Below are positions 1 to 9,547 of a DNA stretch of 44,707 bases, one piece after another (within the stretch, counting starts at the first letter, position 1; every line of letters begins with the position of its first letter). This DNA is from Candidatus Collierbacteria bacterium GW2011_GWA2_42_17 (GTDB taxonomy: Bacteria > Patescibacteriota > Microgenomatia > UBA1400 > MFAQ01). Where the stretch lies: the NCBI GenBank assembly GCA_000998275.1, contig LCDA01000002.1:1-44707 (forward strand), given 5' to 3'. The position numbers were made by a program, and so were the translations under genes. The notes under the pieces are model-generated. The model ran no database searches. It saw only the letters and a program-made list of their open reading frames with translations, and was not told where the DNA came from.

Positions 1-1
1 T

Positions 2-1603
2 ACTCAATCTCTCCTCACTCTGTGTGGTGAAAGACCAATCAATAACGCGGTTGATATCACCAACGAACTCACTCTTCTCTACGGTTTACCTGGTCACATT
101 TTTGACCTGGACAAACTGGCCACTCAAAAACTCACTATCCGTGAAAGTAAAAATGGTGAGGAAGTGATTACCCTTGATGGCCAAAATAACAAACTCAAAG
201 GGGGAGACTTGGTAATCGAAGACGGCGCCGGTAGACTTGTTGATCTTTGCGGCGTCATGGGAGGATCTGTCGCCGAAGTCGACGAACACACCAAAAACAT
301 CCTCTTAATTTTTCCGGTTTATCAACCTAGTAAAGTAAGACGCACGTCTCTATATCTTCAAAAAAGAACTCTGGCTTCTCAGATTTATGAGAAACAACCA
401 GACACGGAGCTATGTTTACCGGTGCTTATGAATGCTATTAAACTTTTTGGGGAAAGAACCGGCTCTCGCGTATCTTCCGCCGTTTTCGATAGCAACCCTA
501 CACCACCCAAAACCAAAGAAATTATTCTTGATATCGACTGGGCCAACAATCTCATCGGGATTCAAATTCCACCCAAAACAATTATTTCAATTTTAGAGAG
601 TCTTGGTTTTTCCACCAAAAGCAAAGACCAAAATCAAATTATCTGCACCGTTCCCAGTTGGAGAAGACACGATATCGACATCAAAGAAGACTTAGTTGAG
701 GAGATTGCCAGAGTCTACGGCTACTCCAAACTTCCCCCCACACTTCCTTGTGTAAATCTTCCCCCGGAAGCCAAAAATAATTTACTTAGCACAGAGTCAA
801 AAATAAAAACCCTTCTTTCTTCCCAAGGTTTCAATGAAGTTTACAACAACTCTTTAATTTCCCTGGATCTAATTGAAAAGGCCATGCTCAAAGAAGCATC
901 GCACCTAAAGTTGAACAACGCTCTTTCCAAAGACTACGAATACCTTCGAACCACTCTAGTTCCTTCAGTACTCCAGAACATCAAAAATAATCAAGGAAAA
1001 ACCGAAGAACCCTTTTATTTATACGAGCTCTCTAACGTTTACCTCCCAACAGGAGAAAAACTTCCTCGAGAAAACTCTATGTTGGTAATCGGTACAACTA
1101 TTCCTTTCCGTCTTACCAAGAGCTATCTCACCCTTCTCTTTGAACATTTAAGTCTCAAAAAATACAAGTTCAAGACTTCAACCTCTAGCCCCATCTATTT
1201 TGTCGAAGAAAAAACGGCCACAATTAGCTCCGGTGACTCAACCCTAGGGTTCATCGGCTCCATCAAACCGGCAATCTTGCACAAGTTAGGCATTACCTCA
1301 GATCCCATCATTATTGAACTTGATGCGCAGAAACTTGTCGACTCAATTTCAGAAAACTATATTTATAGCCCCATCTCTGATTTCCCCGATGTCGTCGAAC
1401 AAATAACCATCAGTTCAAACGAAAGAGTAGGGGACATCATCGAAAAAATTCGCTCGGCCAATAAATTAATTAAGGATATTAGCTACCTAGACTCGTTTGA
1501 AAAAAACCATTCCTTCAAAATAACTTTTTCTTCACCCAACAAAAATCTTACCCAATCCGAAGTGAACGACATCAAAAAAACCATTGGGGCACTCTTTAAT
1601 TAA
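2..1603 (+). CDS. pheT: Phenylalanine--tRNA ligase beta subunit (5'-truncated by window edge)
   Basis: Frame is open from base 2 (TQSLLTLCGERPINNAVDITN..HIFDLDKL, B3/4 domain); B5 motif VPSWRRHDIDIKEDLVEEIARVYGY; LRTTLVPSVL. Confidence 0.95.
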   Translation, partial: TQSLLTLCGERPINNAVDITNELTLLYGLPGHIFDLDKLATQKLTIRESKNGEEVITLDGQNNKLKGGDLVIEDGAGRLVDLCGVMGGSVAEVDEHTKNILLIFPVYQPSKVRRTSLYLQKRTLASQIYEKQPDTELCLPVLMNAIKLFGERTGSRVSSAVFDSNPTPPKTKEIILDIDWANNLIGIQIPPKTIISILESLGFSTKSKDQNQIICTVPSWRRHDIDIKEDLVEEIARVYGYSKLPPTLPCVNLPPEAKNNLLSTESKIKTLLSSQGFNEVYNNSLISLDLIEKAMLKEASHLKLNNALSKDYEYLRTTLVPSVLQNIKNNQGKTEEPFYLYELSNVYLPTGEKLPRENSMLVIGTTIPFRLTKSYLTLLFEHLSLKKYKFKTSTSSPIYFVEEKTATISSGDSTLGFIGSIKPAILHKLGITSDPIIIELDAQKLVDSISENYIYSPISDFPDVVEQITISSNERVGDIIEKIRSANKLIKDISYLDSFEKNHSFKITFSSPNKNLTQSEVNDIKKTIGALFN

Positions 1604-1613
1604 ATAAAGTGGG

Positions 1614-4151
1614 TTATGGTGTGGGAGTTGATGTGGGTGTAGGTTCTACCCAGTCGGTATTTACTCCAAAACCATGTGTTTTTGATTCTTCTTTACCTTC
1701 GTTATTTCGGGCACTCACTCTTACTGAATGTTGGCCAGTTGAAAGCGAGATGGCTCTGCTTAAATATGGTTCTTCCGTAAATGTTTGCTCCAATGTGTCA
1801 TCAACGAATAATTTTACTTCCACAATTGGTTTAGAACTAACCACGTTTATTCTAAAGGTTACTGAATCACCATTTACCCTTGAACGGTCACTTGGAGACA
1901 CAATCTGAATATCCATAGAAGCACTTGATCCACAAACCTCCGTTGGTGGTTTATAAAGAGAATCTGTTTGCTTCACAATCCACTCATTAATCCCTTTCTG
2001 CCACAGCCCTTTAGCTGTTAGAGGATCGTTTTCCTTTATTACTACGTACTCTTTTTCATCATAATTTCCCTGAGAAACCGATATCGGATCGGCAAGCTTA
2101 TTTGGATCGGATTTACATACTTTCAATTTTGTGTGAATTGTGTCCGGTCCGCTAGGTATACTACCGTTAATAAACCATTCTTTATAGGAGGCAAATCCAT
2201 CATGTGCCGGGAAACCGGAGATTCTATCTACCTCAACTTGGCTGACTCCATCCGGAGGAGTAAATGGTTTGTCCGGACGTTTAGTTAGAACATCCAGTAT
2301 TTGTCGTCTCCAGATTGGAGCGGCACCGGACACACCGGATGCCACATTTCTCATTTTGTCGTTGTTATTGTTTCCCACCCAAACGCCTACAATGGTGTCC
2401 CTACTCCAACCAACCGTCCAGTTATCACGTAAGTCATTGGTAGTACCGGTCTTCACAGCCACAGCTCTACTTCCCAAATTCAAATAAGAGTTTGGGCCAA
2501 AAGTTAATAGTCTCGCATTATTATCAGACAGTATCGAATTAATCAAAAACCCAACACGCTCATCCAACACTTTTTCTTTTCTTAACTCTTTGTTTTCAAA
2601 TATCACTTTTCCGGCGCTGTCCTCAATTCTCAAAATAGCTACCGGCTCAACTTTTAACCCTCCGTTGACAAAAACACTGTAAGCCGACACCATATCAATA
2701 AGTTTGATATCTGCACCTCCCAAAGCCATTGATAAACCCACACGGGAAAGAGTTTCTTTTGTCGGAGTAAGAGTGGTAAATCCCATTTTGTATCCTTGGC
2801 TTAATACTTCATCGACTCCAACTAAAGCCAACAACTTCACTGCCGGGATATTGATAGAGCTCGCCAGCGCCTCCCGAAGATGAAGTAAACCATGCTCCTT
2901 GCCATCGTAGTTCTTGGGAATGTAGGGTGTATTTTCATCTTTACCGGGAAACTCCGTTATCACGTCTGCCAACACCGAAGCGGGGGAGTATCCTTTGGCA
3001 AAAGCAGTCGCGTAGACCAACGGTTTTATCGACGACCCCGGCTGTCTTTGTCTCATGGTTACGTTTACCTCTCCATCAATTGTTTTATCAAAAAAATCCT
3101 TGGACCCGACCATACTTAAAATCTCACCCGTATTTGTATCCAGTATTATTGAAGCACCATTACTTATATTTAAACTTTTTGATACCTTATCAATTTCTTC
3201 CTTAACAATGGTTTCTGCTTTTTCCTGCAAAGACCAGTCTAGACTGGTAATTACTTTGAGACCTCCAACATCCAGAACATTTGTTCCATATCTTTCTTCA
3301 AGAATTTGTTTTATATACATTACAAAGTGAGGTGCTTTGATTTTTGTTCCCAAACCTCTAAAGACCACTTTGTCCAGCTCGGACACCACCTGCGTTTCTT
3401 GTTCTTTAGTGATTTTTTCATCCTCACGCATTCTTCTGGCCACCTCTTTTGCCCTTGGTACATAAGCCAGTGGTTCACCAATATAGGGTGAGTATCTCGA
3501 GGGAGACTGCGGTAATCCGGCCAAAATAATACTTTCCGTCAAGTTCAAATCTTTTACTTCTTTCCCAAAATACTGTTCTGCTGCTGCCGCAACTCCGGCA
3601 GTACCACCTCCGTAAGGAACCTCATTAAGATACATCTGCAAAATCTCATCTTTGGAGTAAGTTCTCTCAATTCGTACCGACAAGACAAACTCTCTTATTT
3701 TTCTGGAAATCTTTCTTTCATTTGTCAGAAGCACCGTTTTAACCAACTGTTGCGTGATTGTCGATCCACCAATTAATCTTTGGTTCACAATCACGTTTTT
3801 TATAATACGGGGAATTGCCAGGGGATCAAAACCTTTGTGCTTATAAAAATCTTTATCTTCTATGGAAATTGTGGCGTCCTTGAGGCTCTGTGGTACGTCA
3901 GAAAGGGGAGTGAATCGACGATCCTGATCGGTAATCACATCATACAAAACAGTCTCTCCGGTACGATCCAAAATCTCCGTCGAAAAACCAGACTGTCTTT
4001 GTACCTTTCCGGGATCGGGTAATCCCCGAGAATACCAAACGAAAACAATAATCGTCAAAACAGAAACACCCACCAAACTAAAGAAAATAATTTTTCCCCA
4101 GTTATATTTACTTAAAAGAGGGCTTAGATTCAATCGCTTCCTTCTATACAT
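1614..4151 (-). CDS. Class A penicillin-binding protein (transglycosylase + transpeptidase) with C-terminal Ig-like domain and PT tail
   Basis: N-terminal TM; EDKDFYKHKG, GGSTITQQLVK (GT51); GSSIKP (SxxK), SIN (SxN), KTGT. Confidence 0.93.
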   Translation of the reverse strand: MYRRKRLNLSPLLSKYNWGKIIFFSLVGVSVLTIIVFVWYSRGLPDPGKVQRQSGFSTEILDRTGETVLYDVITDQDRRFTPLSDVPQSLKDATISIEDKDFYKHKGFDPLAIPRIIKNVIVNQRLIGGSTITQQLVKTVLLTNERKISRKIREFVLSVRIERTYSKDEILQMYLNEVPYGGGTAGVAAAAEQYFGKEVKDLNLTESIILAGLPQSPSRYSPYIGEPLAYVPRAKEVARRMREDEKITKEQETQVVSELDKVVFRGLGTKIKAPHFVMYIKQILEERYGTNVLDVGGLKVITSLDWSLQEKAETIVKEEIDKVSKSLNISNGASIILDTNTGEILSMVGSKDFFDKTIDGEVNVTMRQRQPGSSIKPLVYATAFAKGYSPASVLADVITEFPGKDENTPYIPKNYDGKEHGLLHLREALASSINIPAVKLLALVGVDEVLSQGYKMGFTTLTPTKETLSRVGLSMALGGADIKLIDMVSAYSVFVNGGLKVEPVAILRIEDSAGKVIFENKELRKEKVLDERVGFLINSILSDNNARLLTFGPNSYLNLGSRAVAVKTGTTNDLRDNWTVGWSRDTIVGVWVGNNNNDKMRNVASGVSGAAPIWRRQILDVLTKRPDKPFTPPDGVSQVEVDRISGFPAHDGFASYKEWFINGSIPSGPDTIHTKLKVCKSDPNKLADPISVSQGNYDEKEYVVIKENDPLTAKGLWQKGINEWIVKQTDSLYKPPTEVCGSSASMDIQIVSPSDRSRVNGDSVTFRINVVSSKPIVEVKLFVDDTLEQTFTEEPYLSRAISLSTGQHSVRVSARNNEGKEESKTHGFGVNTDWVEPTPTSTPTP

Positions 4152-4201
4152 ATTTTATTTGGATACAATAATATTATAATAACTTATATTCACCAAAACA
4201 T

Positions 4202-4297
4202 ATGACTAAAAGAAAAAGAAAAATATATACTGCCATTATTTTTATCGGCTCACTGGCTTTAGTTCTTACCACTTTCATCTCCGCTTTCATCTACTAA
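4202..4297 (+). CDS. 31-aa small single-pass membrane protein (MTKRKRKIYTAIIFIGSLALVLTTFISAFIY)
   Basis: Read manually; basic N-terminus plus ~22-residue hydrophobic stretch; ends TAA TAA directly before the recG ATG. Confidence 0.6.
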   Translation: MTKRKRKIYTAIIFIGSLALVLTTFISAFIY

Positions 4298-4300
4298 TAA

Positions 4301-6286
4301 ATGAGTAGTCTTTACCACCCCGAAGATACCGTTACCACGATTAAGGGGGTAGGGGAAAGCACGGCAGAAAAACTCACTCGTTTAGGCATAGATACCGTTT
4401 GTGATCTTCTCAACCACTATCCTTCCCGTTACTTCGATTTTTCAGAACCGATTCCGATAAAACAATTAGTGGTAGGCAAAACCCAGTCCTTTATCGGCAC
4501 CATCGGTAAGGTTAGCACCTTTTTTACAAAATCCGGAAAACTTCTCACTCAAAGTGCCATCAAGGACTCCTCCGGCAAAATTACTCTCACCTGGTTCAAC
4601 AACCCCTATATCAAACGTCTCATTAAAGAAAATACCGTCTATACCGTAGCGGGTAAAGTTTCATTTTGGGGTAAAAGTCTCACGGTTGTCGCCCCCATTA
4701 TCGAAGAAGGAAACACTCCTTCAATCAATACTTCCGGTCTAGTACCTATCTACCCACTCACCGAAGGTATTACTTCCAAATTTCTCAGAACCAAAATTCA
4801 CACGATTCTTTCGTCAATTAAACTCACGGACCCGTTAGATCCGCAGGTTTTAAACTCCCTTGATTTAATCCCAGAATCCGCTGCTTACCAAAACATTCAT
4901 TTTCCCCAATCTAAAGAACTTCGTTATCGTGCAGACAAGCGTCTTTCTTTTAACGAACATTTACGTATTAACATTAATAATCAGCTGGAGCTACAAAATT
5001 TAGGAGAGTCCATTTCTATCGTTATCAAAAACAGCCTTACTAAGGAAACAACCAATAAATTTCCCTTCAAGCTTACCCCAGATCAAGAAAAAACCGTTAC
5101 TGCAATTTACAAAGATCTCAAAAGCAATGAGTTCACTCACCGTCTAATTCAAGGGGATACAGGCTCTGGGAAAACCGCCACTATTATTTTTGCCGCCAAT
5201 CAGTGTCTGGGAAATAATTTAAGCTGTGCTATCCTAGCTCCCACGGAAATTTTGGCCACCCAACACTTCAAAACCTTGCAATCCTTGTCTCTTTTTCCCC
5301 AACAGATTCAGCTCATTACCGGCTCATCCAAACAAGCCCCCAAGCTCAACAAGCCTTCAATCTTCATCGGCACCCACTCTTTACTTACCAGTCTTCCTCC
5401 AAAACTCAAATATCCTCTTGCCTTTGTCGCCATCGACGAACAGCACAAGTTTGGTGTCAAACAAAGAAACGAACTTCTCAATCGTACTCCGGTTCCTCAT
5501 TTGTTCAATCTTTCAGCCACTCCTATTCCCAGAACGGTCGCTCTTGGTCTTCTCGGAGACATCAATATCAGCAACATCACTCACCGGCCGATAAACCGTT
5601 TACCGACCAAAACCTTTGTTATTTCACCCACACACTTCAAAAAAAGTCCCGCTTGGCTAACGGAACAACTAACCAAAGGTAGCCAAATTTTTGTCGTCTG
5701 TCCCAATATCCAAGACCATGAAACCGGAGTCGCTTCGGTCGATAAAATCTCCAAACTATATCAAAAAATAATTCCTGCTAAGTATCCCGTCCTCACTATT
5801 CATGGAAAAATGAAGCCGGAAATCCAAAACGAAGTTCTTTCAACCTTTCAAAAACAGGGGGGTGGTGTTCTGGTGGCCACCTCTCTCATTGAAGTTGGTA
5901 TCGACATCCCCTCGGCTAATATTATGATCATTCACTCAGCCGAACGTTTTGGTCTGGCCAGTTTGCATCAACTTAGGGGTCGTGTTGGTCGGGGAGAAAC
6001 ACAAGGCTACTGTTTTCTCGTTCCTTCTGCCGACGACGAAGAAGAATCGGAAAGACTTCAACTTCTTCAAAAATATAACTCCGGTTTAATTCTTGCCCAG
6101 AAAGATCTTCGTTTAAGGGGAGCTGGAGAAGTCTTTGGAATCAAGCAACACGGAACTTTACCCACAACACTTAAGTACTTTTGGTCAAAGCAGCTCTTTT
6201 TAAATGCCAAACACATCGCTAAGACTCTTGTCAGGAAAAACCCCAAAATGGCCCTGCAGATTGCAAGCAGGCTCGAAACTTGCTAA
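4301..6286 (+). CDS. recG: ATP-dependent DNA helicase RecG
   Basis: IKGVG HhH start; RLIQGDTGSGKT, APTEILATQH, DEQHKFGVKQR, SATPIPRT, LHQLRGRVGRG, DLRLRGAGE. Confidence 0.96.
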   Translation: MSSLYHPEDTVTTIKGVGESTAEKLTRLGIDTVCDLLNHYPSRYFDFSEPIPIKQLVVGKTQSFIGTIGKVSTFFTKSGKLLTQSAIKDSSGKITLTWFNNPYIKRLIKENTVYTVAGKVSFWGKSLTVVAPIIEEGNTPSINTSGLVPIYPLTEGITSKFLRTKIHTILSSIKLTDPLDPQVLNSLDLIPESAAYQNIHFPQSKELRYRADKRLSFNEHLRININNQLELQNLGESISIVIKNSLTKETTNKFPFKLTPDQEKTVTAIYKDLKSNEFTHRLIQGDTGSGKTATIIFAANQCLGNNLSCAILAPTEILATQHFKTLQSLSLFPQQIQLITGSSKQAPKLNKPSIFIGTHSLLTSLPPKLKYPLAFVAIDEQHKFGVKQRNELLNRTPVPHLFNLSATPIPRTVALGLLGDINISNITHRPINRLPTKTFVISPTHFKKSPAWLTEQLTKGSQIFVVCPNIQDHETGVASVDKISKLYQKIIPAKYPVLTIHGKMKPEIQNEVLSTFQKQGGGVLVATSLIEVGIDIPSANIMIIHSAERFGLASLHQLRGRVGRGETQGYCFLVPSADDEEESERLQLLQKYNSGLILAQKDLRLRGAGEVFGIKQHGTLPTTLKYFWSKQLFLNAKHIAKTLVRKNPKMALQIASRLETC

Positions 6287-6321
6287 AATAGGGCAAGTAA
6301 CATTAATAATCACTAAACAAC

Positions 6322-6474
6322 ATGGCCGCTACACCAAAAAGAAAAATATCTACAGCCAGACAAGGAGCCAGACGTTCTCAAATTCATCTCATTGAACCTA
6401 TGATGATCACATGTAAAAAATGTGGTAACTTGAAAAAGTCTCACTTCGCCTGTCCCGTTTGTAAAGCTAAATAA
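6322..6474 (+). CDS. rpmF: 50S ribosomal protein L32 (zinc-ribbon type), absent from the ORF track
   Basis: MAATPKRKISTARQGARRSQ...CKKCG...SHFACPVC; position upstream of nusB/rnc. Confidence 0.93.
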   Translation: MAATPKRKISTARQGARRSQIHLIEPMMITCKKCGNLKKSHFACPVCKAK

Positions 6475-6480
6475 TCTACT

Positions 6481-6870
6481 GTGAAATCTGCCCAAGATCC
6501 CAGACACCTTAAACGAATTGCTGTTTTTAAATCGCTTTTTGCCGGAAGTTTTACTACCCAGCCGGAACATCCGACTAGGGTAGATAAAATTCAGGCTAAC
6601 ATCGAAAGGATCGACGACATTGTCCAAAAATGTGCCCCCGAATGGCCCATCTCCCAAATTAACCGTGTTGATCTGGCAGTACTAAGACAAGCAATTTATG
6701 AATTATTAGTTAAAACCGAGACTCCTACAAAAGTTATCATTGACGAAGCCGTAGAGATTGCCAAACGTTACGGAGGAAAAACCAGTTCCAGTTTCGTCAA
6801 CGGTGCTCTTGCTTCGGCCATTAATCTAACCGGCAGATCCGAAACCTCCGATGACCACTCAAAACCTTAA
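6481..6870 (+). CDS. nusB: Transcription antitermination factor NusB
   Basis: W.ISQINRVDLAVLRQAIYEL, PTKVIIDEAVEIAKRYG, FVNGAL. Confidence 0.93.
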   Translation: MKSAQDPRHLKRIAVFKSLFAGSFTTQPEHPTRVDKIQANIERIDDIVQKCAPEWPISQINRVDLAVLRQAIYELLVKTETPTKVIIDEAVEIAKRYGGKTSSSFVNGALASAINLTGRSETSDDHSKP

Positions 6871-7534
6871 ACCTCTACAAAATCTTTTAGGCTACACCTT
6901 TAAGAATGAGAAACTTCTCCAAATCGCGCTCACTCACCGTTCCTGTCTCAACGAACCAGGTGTTACTGAGAGTTACGAACGATTGGAATTTTTGGGCGAC
7001 GCCGTCCTCGAGATGATTATCTCGGTTTACCTCTTCAACAAATACCCCGACAAAATGGAAGGTTATCTCACCGCGGCTAGATCGGCTACCGTCAGAACCG
7101 AGTCTCTCTCCAAAATCTCCAAGGATCACGGCATCGACACTTACATCATCATGAGCAAGGGAGAAGAGTCTACCGGCGGCCGAAACAACCCCTCAATCCT
7201 CGAAGACGTCATTGAAAGCCTAATCGGTGCCCTCTACTGCGATGGTGGTCTTGATGCCGCAAACCAGTTTTTTAAGAACTTTATTCTCCCCAACGCGGAG
7301 AGTATTATCAACGAAAACCAGCTCAAAGACGCCAAATCTCTTCTTCAGGAAAAGGCCCAAAGTAAGGGTTTTGTCTCTCCACTTTATAAAACAGTCAAAG
7401 AATCCGGACCTGACCACAACAAGACGTTTGAGGTGGTTGTTCTGGTAAATGATAAAGAAATTACTACTGGATCAGGCAAAAGTAAGCAGGAAGCCGAACA
7501 AAATGCTGCTAAAAAAGCCGTTGAACTGATATAA
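6851..7534 (+). CDS. rnc: Ribonuclease III
   Basis: ALTHRS, ERLEFLGDAVL signature, C-terminal dsRBD (GPDHNKTF..GKSKQEAEQNAA). Confidence 0.97.
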   Translation: MTTQNLKPLQNLLGYTFKNEKLLQIALTHRSCLNEPGVTESYERLEFLGDAVLEMIISVYLFNKYPDKMEGYLTAARSATVRTESLSKISKDHGIDTYIIMSKGEESTGGRNNPSILEDVIESLIGALYCDGGLDAANQFFKNFILPNAESIINENQLKDAKSLLQEKAQSKGFVSPLYKTVKESGPDHNKTFEVVVLVNDKEITTGSGKSKQEAEQNAAKKAVELI

Positions 7535-7535
7535 T
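7527..7535 (+). promoter_or_regulatory. Extended -10 promoter (TGaTATAAT) 6 nt before the rpsP ATG (leaderless-type)
   Basis: TGATATAAT-atcgct-ATG. Confidence 0.6.
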
Positions 7536-7541
7536 ATCGCT

Positions 7542-7766
7542 ATGCTAAAAATCAAACTACAACCGACCGGTAAAAGACACCAACGCTTCTATCGTATCGT
7601 GGTGGCCGAAGGTAAATCCAAGTTATCAGGTAAAGTTATCGACACCCTAGGTACCTACAATCCACACGACCCCGAAAACAAAATTGAAATTAATAAAGAA
7701 AGTTATCAATTATGGCTGAACAAGGGAGCCCAACCGACAGGCACCATTAGAAAATTAGTTAAATAA
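7542..7766 (+). CDS. rpsP: 30S ribosomal protein S16
   Basis: MLKIKLQ..GKRHQRFYRIVV, LGTYNP, WLNKGAQPT. Confidence 0.96.
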   Translation: MLKIKLQPTGKRHQRFYRIVVAEGKSKLSGKVIDTLGTYNPHDPENKIEINKESYQLWLNKGAQPTGTIRKLVK

Positions 7767-7767
7767 A

Positions 7768-8163
7768 ATGAAACAACTAATCGAGTACATCGTCAGTAAC
7801 ATCGTTAACCATCCAGAAAGTGTCACCATCACCGAAGAACAAACCGAAGACAAAGAAGCCACCAAATACCTAATTAAGGTTGATCCCGAAGATGTTGGTC
7901 GAGTTATCGGAAAAGAAGGTAAAGTAATCAAATCCATTCGTCAAATTGTCAGAATCGCCGCTATCCAAAAAGGTACCCGGGCTATTGTTGACCTTCTCGA
8001 GGATGATACTTCCAGACCCGAAGCCCCTGAAGAAGTAATCGAAGAAAAAGTGGAGGAACTTGAAAAAGAAGCCCCTGAGGAGCTAACCGAAAAGAAAGAG
8101 GAAGCACTAGAGGAAGTTGCCGAAGTTATTGAAGAAAAGAAAGAAGAAGCTTCCGAGGAATAA
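7768..8163 (+). CDS. khpA: KH-domain RNA-binding protein KhpA with acidic C-terminal tail
   Basis: LIEYIVSNIVNHPE, DVGRVIGKEGKVIKSIR; directly follows rpsP. Confidence 0.88.
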   Translation: MKQLIEYIVSNIVNHPESVTITEEQTEDKEATKYLIKVDPEDVGRVIGKEGKVIKSIRQIVRIAAIQKGTRAIVDLLEDDTSRPEAPEEVIEEKVEELEKEAPEELTEKKEEALEEVAEVIEEKKEEASEE

Positions 8164-8193
8164 TTAAACAGGGAACCGTTTTTTTAAATTTTT

Positions 8194-9000
8194 TTAAAAT
8201 CCAAACAGTTTCTCCGACGTATTAGTTGCTATCGGTACTTCGGCCCCTCCTGTTTGACTGAATGAAGAGAACCCCGAAATTTGCTTCACTAAAGCCATGT
8301 CTGCGTCCGTAAAAGGTAGCATTTTAGAGATGTCCACTTTTTTGAGAATCGCTTGATAGTACTTAATCTCCAGATCCATTGTTATCGACTTGTCACCTTG
8401 CGTTGACTGTGAAAGTTTACTTACCTCCTGCATTCCCAAATCTGACACAATTCCAATCGGCAACGAAGTCTCCGCTTTATCAATAAAGCTCAGTATTTTA
8501 TCTACGGGAGCCGAAACAGATAATTTAATTGGATAACTGATGAAGTTTGCCATACTATCATTAGTTTCACCTCCTTTACCCGTCTCAGCCTTATCATCAC
8601 CAAATAATACTCCGGACGGTAATGAATAAGACACAATCGACATCCCGGTTATTTCATTGGCTATATTTCGCAACAAAAATACGGCATTTTCCGGAGAATA
8701 GGTCTGGGGAATCGCCTGTAAAACCAAGTTTTGAGTCGTTTCTGGTATCTGGTCATTAAGCTTGTCAAAACCCGCCTTAGAGTTCTTTAGAGACTCCAGA
8801 TCGATTTGTTTAGCCTCCACGCGTGACCTCAAAAGATTAACGCTCTCAAATTTTGGCCAAATCGCAAAAATTAATACGAAAAGCATCACTGCCGAGGCTA
8901 GCAAAAAAGTCGCCATTGTCCGAATTGTTCCTTCATCCACCCAATCAGGTAATACAAAGCCGAAGATGTTCTTATATCCAACAATTTTATTTTCAGCCAT
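8194..9000 (-). CDS. PilO-like type IV pilus alignment protein
   Basis: One N-terminal TM, coiled coil, then soluble domain; third gene after pilM and pilN-like. Confidence 0.6.
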   Translation of the reverse strand: MAENKIVGYKNIFGFVLPDWVDEGTIRTMATFLLASAVMLFVLIFAIWPKFESVNLLRSRVEAKQIDLESLKNSKAGFDKLNDQIPETTQNLVLQAIPQTYSPENAVFLLRNIANEITGMSIVSYSLPSGVLFGDDKAETGKGGETNDSMANFISYPIKLSVSAPVDKILSFIDKAETSLPIGIVSDLGMQEVSKLSQSTQGDKSITMDLEIKYYQAILKKVDISKMLPFTDADMALVKQISGFSSFSQTGGAEVPIATNTSEKLFGF

Positions 9001-9547
9001 TTCCTTTTAACTCAAGTTGTAAACTGGTATTGTACGCACCGCTTTTATCCTTAGCCACTTCTTCAATAAAAGCTCCGGAAAAAAACTTGCTTTCCTTCCA
9101 CATATCAGTATTTAACAGAACCTTTTCCAGGGCCTGTTGGGCAAAAATATCATCCGCCGTTACAGTCAAAGAAATCCAACCCGCCTGTTTAAAATCAATA
9201 CCTGCCAAAGTGGCGTTTGGGGGTAGTAATAAAGCTATCTGATCGAGATAATCTTTATAGCGAAACTTGTTCTTATTAATTCTTTCAAACTCGGTTACTA
9301 TTAACTTTGTTAAAACGAATCGACTCAGCCTTTCATTATTACTCAGCATGGCACTGGAGATACTTGCAGACTCACCCTCTACATTTTTTAATTTATTATT
9401 CAAAATGATTGTGGAAATCACCACATACATTGTTGCTCCCACAAAATATGCCGAAAACAATCCAAACAACGAAAAGGTCACTATCTTTGTCCAGTTTCTA
9501 CCGGTATAAGCCTTTCGTTTTTTGCTAATTAAATTTACCTTAATCAT
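8993..9547 (-). CDS. PilN-like type IV pilus alignment protein
   Basis: N-terminal VNLI (INLL-like) motif, TM, coiled coil; downstream of pilM. Confidence 0.7.
   Translation of the reverse strand: MIKVNLISKKRKAYTGRNWTKIVTFSLFGLFSAYFVGATMYVVISTIILNNKLKNVEGESASISSAMLSNNERLSRFVLTKLIVTEFERINKNKFRYKDYLDQIALLLPPNATLAGIDFKQAGWISLTVTADDIFAQQALEKVLLNTDMWKESKFFSGAFIEEVAKDKSGAYNTSLQLELKGNG

Noticed and set aside
4295-4303. Stop-codon readthrough fusing the microprotein to RecG
   Set aside because: Two consecutive TAA stops make readthrough implausible
6204-6657. ORFs 6204..6395(+) and 6313..6657(-)
   Set aside because: The region is explained by recG, rpmF (6322-6474) and nusB
8164-8197. Terminator between khpA and the pilO-like gene
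   Set aside because: Only a weak AAAC/GTTT stem before the T-runs
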